From an uncultured virus (IMG/VR IMGVR_UViG_3300042880_000331) (lineage: Duplodnaviria; Heunggongvirae; Uroviricota; Caudoviricetes), in IMG/VR virus record IMGVR_UViG_3300042880_000331: a stretch of DNA of 64,000 nt. One strand, 5' to 3'. Positions 25,796 to 33,632 of the stretch are shown piece after piece. The notes beneath the pieces are model-generated. The model did not search any database and was not told where the DNA came from. It worked only from the letters and a program-made list of their open reading frames with translations. Made by a program: the position numbers and the translations under genes. Numbering within the stretch: position 1 is the first letter of the stretch; every line of letters begins with the position of its first letter.

Positions 25796-26755
25796 ATGGA
25801 CATCTATATGGCAGCGGTCTATTCTAACAGCTACATGCCTGGAATGAACCGATATGTGAAGCTGACAGAACGCGAACGCGATGTTGTGACTACACTGCCC
25901 AACATTCTGGAGTCCTGGCACTACGTCGGGAAGCAAAGTTTCGTAGACCACATGAGGAAGAACCAAGCGCGTATCTTCCTTGACAGCGGAGCGTTCTCCG
26001 CATACTCCCTGGGCGTTGAGTTGTCCGTGAGTGAATACTGCGATTATATTGTTCGGAACCAAGACATCCTAAGGGTGGAAGGGAACGACATTATGGCGTC
26101 GGTGTTGGACGGTATTGGTGACCCGTTGCAGACGTGGCGCAACCAGAACGAAATGGAAATGCGGTTCAAGGCGGACTACGGTTTGAACCTGCGGCCCCTG
26201 CCCTGCTTCCACGCGGGTGAGGACGAGCGGTATCTGGAGCACTACGTTGCGAACTACGAATATATCACACTGGGCGGTATGGTGGGTAGCTCCACGAAGC
26301 AGTTGATGGTCTGGTTGGACCGCATCTGGGACCGCTTCCTGACCGACGGTGCAGGGAACCCGAGGCTGAAGGTGCATGGGTTCGGGATTACCTCGGTTCC
26401 CATTATGAACGAATATCCGTGGTATAGCTGCGACTCATCCTCCTGGATCCAGTCGGCAGCATTCGGGTCCGTTATTATGCCTGGGGTGAGCGCCAACGCA
26501 CCCGCGTGGCCTATTAACGTGTCCGAAAAGTCCCCAAGCAGACACGACGCCAACCAGCACATGACAACCCTGTCCCCGGTTGAGGTGGACTACCTGTTCC
26601 AAGTGCTGGAGAAGAATGGGTTTACCTACGAGCGCCTGTCCTCCGTCTACGAGTCCCGCGCTGCCTACAACCTGTGGGCGTTCGGCGTAGTCAACGCAAT
26701 GATCAACGCGTCCGGAAATGAACGGTTCAAGGCGCAAGTTAGGGAGCTGTTCTAA
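25796..26755 (+). CDS. dpdA: DNA 7-deazaguanine transglycosylase (TGT-fold)
   Basis: FLDSGAFSA, LDGIGD, PCFH.GE, LGGMV, VHGFG, SCDSSSW; lies between que genes and DNA polymerase. Confidence 0.88.
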   Translation: MDIYMAAVYSNSYMPGMNRYVKLTERERDVVTTLPNILESWHYVGKQSFVDHMRKNQARIFLDSGAFSAYSLGVELSVSEYCDYIVRNQDILRVEGNDIMASVLDGIGDPLQTWRNQNEMEMRFKADYGLNLRPLPCFHAGEDERYLEHYVANYEYITLGGMVGSSTKQLMVWLDRIWDRFLTDGAGNPRLKVHGFGITSVPIMNEYPWYSCDSSSWIQSAAFGSVIMPGVSANAPAWPINVSEKSPSRHDANQHMTTLSPVEVDYLFQVLEKNGFTYERLSSVYESRAAYNLWAFGVVNAMINASGNERFKAQVRELF

Positions 26756-27711
26756 TGCTGAAGGAGTTGAAGTTTGTTCAGGGTGCGATTGCCAAGCGAG
26801 ACCTAATGCCCGCGATGACTCACTTCCGCATAGAGGGCGGGTTCGTGCGATCGTATAACGGGGTCCTGGCGTTGTGCAGCCCCATTGACTGCGACATTGA
26901 CTGCATCCCCAAGGCCGACAAGTTGGTGAAAGCGATTGCCCGGTGCAAGGATGTTATGACGATGACGCTATGCGATAACGGCAAGCTGGAGATTTCCAGC
27001 GGTCCGTTCCATGTCTTTGTGGACTGCATTGACGGGGAGACGCACCATGTTGAACCCGCTGGCGAGCGAGTAGATTTTGATGGGGAAGCCCTTCTGAAAG
27101 CCCTAAAGGTGATTGCACCCTTTATCGGAGATGACGCATCCAGACCCTGGACGAATGGGGTTCTGCTGAAAGGACAATCTGCGTTCGCTACGAACAACGT
27201 CTGCCTGATTGAGTATTGGCTGGCAACCGACTTCCCTGTTGTGGTAAACATTCCGGAAGTTGCGATTGACGAAATGGTGCGGATTAATGAACCTCCGACG
27301 CACGGGCAGATGGACAGCAACTCTATGACGTTCCACTACAGCAACGGGCGCTGGATTCGGACGCAACTGTTGGAAGTTACGTGGCCCGAGCTGACCCGTA
27401 TCCTAAACGTGACGTCCAACCCCACACCCATTGACCCGCGCCTGTTTGAGGCGCTCACCAGTTTGGAGGGCTTTACCGACAAAATGGGCAGGGTGTATAT
27501 CCGAAACGGGGTGCTGCGGACAGAGGGCGATGACTCTATGAGCGGTGCGGGCTATGTGGTGGGCGGGCTTGGGATTGAAGGTGCCTACCAGATTAAGATG
27601 CTAGGGCTTCTGAACGGCATTGCAACTCATGCGGACTTCACCCGCTTTCCGGAAGCGACAATGTTCTTTGGGGAACGGTTGCGCGGCGCCATTCTTGGGA
27701 TGCGTATATAA
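26755..27711 (+). CDS. DNA polymerase processivity factor (beta-clamp-like)
   Basis: Size, repeated clamp-like domains (SRPWTNGVLL..FATN), position before PolB. Confidence 0.65.
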   Translation: MLKELKFVQGAIAKRDLMPAMTHFRIEGGFVRSYNGVLALCSPIDCDIDCIPKADKLVKAIARCKDVMTMTLCDNGKLEISSGPFHVFVDCIDGETHHVEPAGERVDFDGEALLKALKVIAPFIGDDASRPWTNGVLLKGQSAFATNNVCLIEYWLATDFPVVVNIPEVAIDEMVRINEPPTHGQMDSNSMTFHYSNGRWIRTQLLEVTWPELTRILNVTSNPTPIDPRLFEALTSLEGFTDKMGRVYIRNGVLRTEGDDSMSGAGYVVGGLGIEGAYQIKMLGLLNGIATHADFTRFPEATMFFGERLRGAILGMRI

Positions 27712-29963
27712 TGGCGCGGAACGATATGGTCGGACTGTTTTGGGACGACACCCCGCCCCCCAAGGCAGAGAAAGCTGAGAAGCAGAAGAGGCAACCGCCC
27801 AACCCCATATGGCTGGACCCGTCCTACCTGCCCGGGCTGGAGGAAGCAAAGCAGTTCCCCGTCAAGCAGATGACAATTGGTGAGGTGAGCGATGCTATTG
27901 CACGCCGCGAGCACTTCATCTTTGACGTGGAGTCCTATCCGAACTACTTTCTTGTCGTGTTCACCCATACCGTAACAGGTGCAGTCTTCTACCTGGAAGA
28001 GGTTGCGGGCGTTGTTTCGTTGGACTGCCAGCTACTGGCTTGGATGCTGAAGTCTGCCACGCTCGTAGGGTTTAACTCCATCAACTATGACATGCCAATC
28101 TGCCAGTTAGCTGCCCACGGCTGGGGCCCTGCGAAGCTATGGGAAGCGACCCACAACATTATCGTCAACGGGTTCCGCGGTTCCGATATTATGAAGGAAG
28201 CTAAGGCTAAGGCTATCCCATGTGACCACATTGACTTGATTGAGGTCGCTCCACTGGTGGCATCGTTGAAGACTTATGCGGGCCGGTTGCACGCCTACCG
28301 GATGCAGGACCTGCCCTTTGCGCCCGGGACCATGCTGACACCGGACCAGATTACAATTACTCGATGGTATTGCGTAAACGATACTTTTAACACTGAGATT
28401 TTACGAAACGAACTTTCTGAACAGATTGATTTGCGTTATACCCTGTCAAATGAATACAGGATTGATTTGCGCAGTAAGTCTGATGCGCAAATTGCGGAAG
28501 CAATTATTGGAAAAGAGTATCATCGCATTACAGGGGTTCGGGCGCAGCGGCCCAGCATTGACATTGGGACCGTCTACCGTTACAACGTCCCGCATTTTAT
28601 CCAGTTTCAGTCCCCGTTGCTACAGTGGGCGCTCGAAACGGTTCGCATGGCGCTGTTCATTGTAGACGAGAGCGGGTCTGTTGGGATGCCCGAGGAGGTA
28701 AAGGCGCTCAAGCTACAGGTGAACGGATCAACTTATCGCATGGGGATTGGCGGGTTGCATAGCTCGGAGAAAAGCGCCGCTCACTATACGGACGCTAACA
28801 ACATTCTTTTTGACAAGGACGTCACCAGTTACTATCCGTTTATCATTCTAAATCAAGCTCTGGCACCTAAGCACTTGGGCGAACCTTTCCTGCGAGTCTA
28901 TCGCGGTATTGTCGACCGGCGTATTGCAGCTAAGAAAGCTAAAAACAAGGTTGTGGCTGACTCACTCAAGATTGTTATCAATGGTTCGTTTGGTAAGTTG
29001 GGCAGCCAGTATTCAATCCTTTACGCTCCGGACTTGCTAATCCAAGTAACCGTGACAGGTCAACTGTCTTTACTAATGCTGATTGAGCGGTTAGAGCTAG
29101 CGAGCATCCCTGTGGTCAACGCGAACACCGACGGGATCGTGATTAAGTGCCCACGCCACATGCAAGACGTCATGAACGCGGTTGTCGCGAAATGGGAAGT
29201 TGATACAGGGTTCGGCACCGAGGAAAGCAGATACATGGGCGTCTTTTCCCGCGACGTTAACAACTACATTGCGGTGAAGCAGAAGTTTGACGAAGAGAAA
29301 AAAGTATGGGTTGAGGTTCCAGATGGAACCAAAGGGAAAGGTGATTATGCTAATCCCTGGGCATCTAAAAAGAAGAGTGAAGAGAAACTTAAGAAAAATC
29401 CAGTAGCTACTATCTGCGTTGATGCTGTGAACGCTTTTCTAATTGCAGGCACCCCAATTGCAACCACAATCAGTTCATGTCGTGATATTACTAAGTTTGT
29501 TAGTGTGCGCAGCGTTACTGGCGGAGCTGTAAAGGTGTGGGACCGCTTACCACCACCACCGCACGAGACTGAAGAAGATCTTATCCGCATGGCGGGGTTC
29601 ACAGAGATTAACCCGGGCGCATGGGTTGCGGAAGGTGAGACCGTTCGCAAGGCTAAGTACGCCAAGGAAGCTTATCGCATTGCGGTGGACCAGTTAAGCC
29701 CGCCTGGGCGTACTGATTATATCGGTAAGACGGTTCGCTGGTATTATGCCAGGAACGTTGTGGGAGAACTGGTTTACGCCAAGACAGGAAATAAGGTGCC
29801 CCGTTCGGATGGTGCGAAGCCTATTATGGTATTTCAAGAAAAGTTCCCTGACGACATTGATTTTGAATGGTATGAGACTGAAACTTATCGCATTTTAGAA
29901 AAAATTGGCGTCATACCGCCCAGCCTACTGGGCCACAATGGCGGACCTGATCTTGAAAACTGA
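27711..29963 (+). CDS. Family B DNA polymerase
   Basis: FDVESY and GFNSINYD exo motifs; DVTSYYP, KIVINGSFGK, NANTDG, DVNNY. Confidence 0.92.
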   Translation: MARNDMVGLFWDDTPPPKAEKAEKQKRQPPNPIWLDPSYLPGLEEAKQFPVKQMTIGEVSDAIARREHFIFDVESYPNYFLVVFTHTVTGAVFYLEEVAGVVSLDCQLLAWMLKSATLVGFNSINYDMPICQLAAHGWGPAKLWEATHNIIVNGFRGSDIMKEAKAKAIPCDHIDLIEVAPLVASLKTYAGRLHAYRMQDLPFAPGTMLTPDQITITRWYCVNDTFNTEILRNELSEQIDLRYTLSNEYRIDLRSKSDAQIAEAIIGKEYHRITGVRAQRPSIDIGTVYRYNVPHFIQFQSPLLQWALETVRMALFIVDESGSVGMPEEVKALKLQVNGSTYRMGIGGLHSSEKSAAHYTDANNILFDKDVTSYYPFIILNQALAPKHLGEPFLRVYRGIVDRRIAAKKAKNKVVADSLKIVINGSFGKLGSQYSILYAPDLLIQVTVTGQLSLLMLIERLELASIPVVNANTDGIVIKCPRHMQDVMNAVVAKWEVDTGFGTEESRYMGVFSRDVNNYIAVKQKFDEEKKVWVEVPDGTKGKGDYANPWASKKKSEEKLKKNPVATICVDAVNAFLIAGTPIATTISSCRDITKFVSVRSVTGGAVKVWDRLPPPPHETEEDLIRMAGFTEINPGAWVAEGETVRKAKYAKEAYRIAVDQLSPPGRTDYIGKTVRWYYARNVVGELVYAKTGNKVPRSDGAKPIMVFQEKFPDDIDFEWYETETYRILEKIGVIPPSLLGHNGGPDLEN

Positions 29964-30061
29964 ACCCCTGTTTTTTGCCGTTACAGCCGCGCAACAGTGC
30001 GCCGCTAGGGTAGGTACGGCCAACGCCATAGCTGGCGCGCTGCGGCAAAAAAGCGGGGTTC
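29962..30061. terminator. Long inverted repeat where the two arms converge
   Basis: GAACCCCTGTTTTTTGCCG ... CGGCAAAAAAGCGGGGTTC. Confidence 0.55.
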
Positions 30062-30122
30062 TAGCGTGCATCACAACGTGATCAGGGTTAAGGGTTTAAC
30101 GGTTAACATATTGCAGCTTCGT

Positions 30123-32303
30123 TTACGGGATCTGAATTTCAATATACTGCCTTTGGAAACTTTCTAGACCATTTCTAACTGAGAATAACTCCACAAACAA
30201 TTTGTCATTTCGTGCTCCAATAATGGCACTAGTTATAGTAAACGTAGACGTAGTGATGCCAGTTGTGGTGTGAAACAAAGTTCCAGTTTTATCAAACAAA
30301 CGAATGGTGACGGTCGCACCAACTTCCGGTGTCAATGGGCCATCCACAAAGCCAACCAAAGTTCCGCCAGTCTGGAGCAATCTATTCCGCTCAGCCCATG
30401 TTACAATGATAGGCGCTGACAGGTCATTTGCAGGGTAACTTACACCATTGAATTCAATACGACCGGGAGGGAAAGGTCTTGCAGCGCGCCCAGCGACGTT
30501 AACGGTCATCGGTGTTGCGCCCGCTAAATCTGAAACACCGGACCCGTTAACTGTGGTTATTTTGGCAGCAACCACGTCGGAGCTAACATACTCTGTTGGA
30601 TCACTTGCTGGGAACTCGCTCCAGAACATCACGGTTGCTCCTGCCAAATGCAGTCGCGGAACAGTGTCCAAAACGCCCCTTTTCACTGTGACCACACTGC
30701 CAGAGATTCCGGTCACTGCCATTAGTTCATTGTCTACCTGAAGCCAACTGTTTAGGACAACTTGGTCAAGCCCAACTCCCGCTGAAATGTTAAGAGTTGT
30801 TCCTGTAAGGCTAATATCAGATAGCAAGACTCCTGACGGTGAGAAGTTTAGAATGCTAGCTTGTTCATAGCCGCTTCCATCATCCGTGTAAAGAAGACCG
30901 TTAATAGCAGGAACAACGGATGATGAAGCAGCGCCAGCAACATAGCCGACAAAAGCGTTCGCTGCAATCTCAGCATCAACAGCAGCCTGTCCTATAACAC
31001 GAACAAGGCTGTAATATGGGAGTTCGAACGCTATTTGATACAACGGATTACCGGGAGGACTTACAGGGTTGGCCCATCCGCTTGGAGGTGTTGCAATGTA
31101 AGCACTGGAAGGATAACCGAAAACGTCTTGAATACACTGAATACGAACGCGGCGTGTCTTGCCATTACCATACGCTATCCCCGTGACTCGCATTACAAGT
31201 TCGGTCAACTGGTAGTCGGGCCAGGTAAGCTTAAAGGCATCCCCAACTTTCAGGTTTCGAGCTACCTTGTTGGCGTAAATGGTGCAGGCGGCAAGGGGTG
31301 TAGATAATGAGATAAGATCACGTTGCCCAACCCGGGAAGCTGTCTCCGCATCTACAAAACCTTCATAAGTGACGGTCGTTGAGTTCTCACCTCCTTGCTC
31401 AAGCAGTAACGCAATATCTTGCACTGTAAGTGAAGCAGGGAGATTGTCTGGAAGATTCCAATAATTGACAGTGACAGAATTATTGAGCTCGCCGAAAACT
31501 GAACGCTTAAAATCATCTACCCTATCAATGTTAGATGGATCAAGTGTAAGAAGGGAGCCTGGAAGATAATCATTTCGAATAAGCTTCAAAACAAACTGCC
31601 CACTTCTCCTGTCAACATAAATGACCGCATCAATATGTTGACAAATAATTTTTAGAAAGTCTTCAATGCTCTTCTGTGTATCCCACAGAAGGCAGATTCC
31701 CATTCTTTCAGCCTTAAGGGTAATAGCGGCGGAAGAGAATGACGCGTCATTGATGTCAGATGGATTGTAACCCATACCCCACAACTTATTCGTTAAGCAT
31801 TCACGAATGATATGAGCAGGATTCATTGCCGCTGCGGTTGTAGCTGCGCCCGTGCTGTCATAGACTGTCACGTCAATTTGGGAATTTGCGTCGTTCCATT
31901 GCGGTTCACCATCTTGTTGAACATGAATACGCTGCACCTGAAAGTTCCAGGTCTTAAGGTAAGGATTCATTCCAAGATACATTTGGTTCAGAACAATTGA
32001 CGCAACACCTCGAAAGCCCGAAACCAATCCCCCAAGGCGGCTGAACAGGTAGGAGTTCCTTGCTTGCGTCCGCCCCCCAGGAAGGAAATCAAAGGTTCCT
32101 GTGATGCCACCCTCCCGTGTGTCTCCTCCAAATAAGTCTGGTTGGTTTACAGTAATAGCCCCGCCTGTGCTTCCCGCTGACCACAGCAGCCTGTCATCAA
32201 CTTTCACGCGGTTTATACGGTCAATTGGACCGTGGCAGAGAACCATATGGACGCCTGCGTAATAGCGGTATCCAACTGTCTGCTCACTTGAACCTCCGGT
32301 CAT
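30123..32303 (-). CDS. Central tail/host-specificity protein
   Basis: HMVLCHGP, LFGGDTREGG, NPAHIIRECLTN..WGMG, RGVLDTVP. Confidence 0.8.
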   Translation of the reverse strand: MTGGSSEQTVGYRYYAGVHMVLCHGPIDRINRVKVDDRLLWSAGSTGGAITVNQPDLFGGDTREGGITGTFDFLPGGRTQARNSYLFSRLGGLVSGFRGVASIVLNQMYLGMNPYLKTWNFQVQRIHVQQDGEPQWNDANSQIDVTVYDSTGAATTAAAMNPAHIIRECLTNKLWGMGYNPSDINDASFSSAAITLKAERMGICLLWDTQKSIEDFLKIICQHIDAVIYVDRRSGQFVLKLIRNDYLPGSLLTLDPSNIDRVDDFKRSVFGELNNSVTVNYWNLPDNLPASLTVQDIALLLEQGGENSTTVTYEGFVDAETASRVGQRDLISLSTPLAACTIYANKVARNLKVGDAFKLTWPDYQLTELVMRVTGIAYGNGKTRRVRIQCIQDVFGYPSSAYIATPPSGWANPVSPPGNPLYQIAFELPYYSLVRVIGQAAVDAEIAANAFVGYVAGAASSSVVPAINGLLYTDDGSGYEQASILNFSPSGVLLSDISLTGTTLNISAGVGLDQVVLNSWLQVDNELMAVTGISGSVVTVKRGVLDTVPRLHLAGATVMFWSEFPASDPTEYVSSDVVAAKITTVNGSGVSDLAGATPMTVNVAGRAARPFPPGRIEFNGVSYPANDLSAPIIVTWAERNRLLQTGGTLVGFVDGPLTPEVGATVTIRLFDKTGTLFHTTTGITTSTFTITSAIIGARNDKLFVELFSVRNGLESFQRQYIEIQIP

Positions 32304-32524
32304 TACTGATCCCCTGTTGTATAGTATAATCGAGCGGCAGCACAAACTTGCCTGGCCATATCACAGTCAATGGCTTCCAGCTCTTCAATGGGATAACCAT
32401 CGGTAATGAACTTGTCATAGTCCAAATTGCGCAGGCGGAACCATCCTTGCGTCCCCCGCCCGCACATAAGAGCTCGCCTGATATCTGGCATTCGGATGAT
32501 AATACCGGGCGAACCTGTGGTCAT
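32303..32524 (-). CDS. Small tail assembly protein
   Basis: MCGRGTQGWF...FITDG motif in tail module. Confidence 0.6.
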   Translation of the reverse strand: MTTGSPGIIIRMPDIRRALMCGRGTQGWFRLRNLDYDKFITDGYPIEELEAIDCDMARQVCAAARLYYTTGDQ

Positions 32525-32586
32525 TTCTTTTTCCCGCCTTTGGTAGCAGGAGCAGGCTTACTCGGTTTCGGATATGGCTTCTTCAT
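32521..32586 (-). CDS. 21-aa basic minigene
   Basis: MKKPYPKPSKPAPATKGGKRK*; ATGA overlaps at both ends. Confidence 0.4.
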   Translation of the reverse strand: MKKPYPKPSKPAPATKGGKKK

Positions 32587-32804
32587 TTTTTACCTCCTTT
32601 CTTTCTCACAGCTTCAGTTTTTATATCACCGTACCAGACAACATTCGTCTGTCTAATCCAACGTGTCCCAAACAGGACAGGGATCGGACGACCTGCTTCC
32701 GCGGTTGGTGATCGTACAGTGCCCAACTCGGGAGCAGTGGGCTTGGGCATTGTTGCATACGCAATTGCAAATGCAACAACAAAAACAACAAAAAACCAGA
32801 ACAT
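32583..32804 (-). CDS. Small tail assembly protein
   Basis: PTAEAGRPIPVLFGT...NVVWYGD. Confidence 0.7.
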   Translation of the reverse strand: MFWFFVVFVVAFAIAYATMPKPTAPELGTVRSPTAEAGRPIPVLFGTRWIRQTNVVWYGDIKTEAVRKKGGKK

Positions 32805-32813
32805 TTTGTTCTC

Positions 32814-33632
32814 CTAAACGAGTGATGTTCCGTCAAACGGATTCTTTTTCGGCATGAAGGGAAACCCTCCGTGGTTTAAGATGTTATTGAATTTAGTATT
32901 GCAAGTCCCAGCTGATCGATCACATCCTGGAAAAATTCGGCATGTAAGTCCGCTGTAACCTAATTGTGAGACACGGTCAATTAGATCGTTCATTGGTCGG
33001 ATAAGAGTAAGTGAGTTTCCAACATGCGCTGTGATAAAACGAAGCGTGCCGTTCATGTCTTCAAAAATCCCTGAGGTAAAATAGCCTAAGGGGTAACTTG
33101 CTGCGACAGGCATTGTTATGGCATTGTTGACCACAAGGGTGACAGGGCCGCTCACGGCCCACTGTTCTTTATTCAGGTTGCAGCCTTTGGAGTAAAGTGC
33201 ATGAGGGCACGTGATCTGATACAACTGCCTCAAGCCTATACGTCGCATGGATGTGAACACACTTTCAAAAATAAAGTCAAACTGGTTCTTTTTTGGGGAC
33301 ACTGAAGACAAGCGCCCTTTCCATTCAATCTCTACGCCATCAGAGATTGACTTGCTGAAGATGGTAACAGTAAGGGGGAAGTCAACGGATGAAGCAAACC
33401 AACGGCGGGCGACCGGGTTATCAATTGGAAAACTAAGCGTCAAATTTTGCTTAGTCATTTCTCCTTTACCTTGTACCTCGTCACGACCGATAGCCAAAGG
33501 TATATAATTTTCGTTTCCAAAACCTGCATTATAGGCTTCAGCCCGATCGGAGCTGGTGACAGTGTAGATAAATGTTCCATTGTTTTCAACAAAACGATAG
33601 AGTTCTTTAACAGCGTCTCTGCCAGTTGTCAT
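32814..33632 (-). CDS. Tail hub protein (DUF2163/BR0599-like)
   Basis: CPHALY..C, PGCD....C..KFNN..N.GGFPFMP..NPF. Confidence 0.8.
   Translation of the reverse strand: MTTGRDAVKELYRFVENNGTFIYTVTSSDRAEAYNAGFGNENYIPLAIGRDEVQGKGEMTKQNLTLSFPIDNPVARRWFASSVDFPLTVTIFSKSISDGVEIEWKGRLSSVSPKKNQFDFIFESVFTSMRRIGLRQLYQITCPHALYSKGCNLNKEQWAVSGPVTLVVNNAITMPVAASYPLGYFTSGIFEDMNGTLRFITAHVGNSLTLIRPMNDLIDRVSQLGYSGLTCRIFPGCDRSAGTCNTKFNNILNHGGFPFMPKKNPFDGTSLV

Noticed and set aside
25796..26755. tRNA-guanine transglycosylase for queuosine tRNA modification
   Set aside because: Lacks the TGT C-terminal Zn site (CxCxxC...H); no queF/queA/queG; context with DNA polymerase favours DpdA
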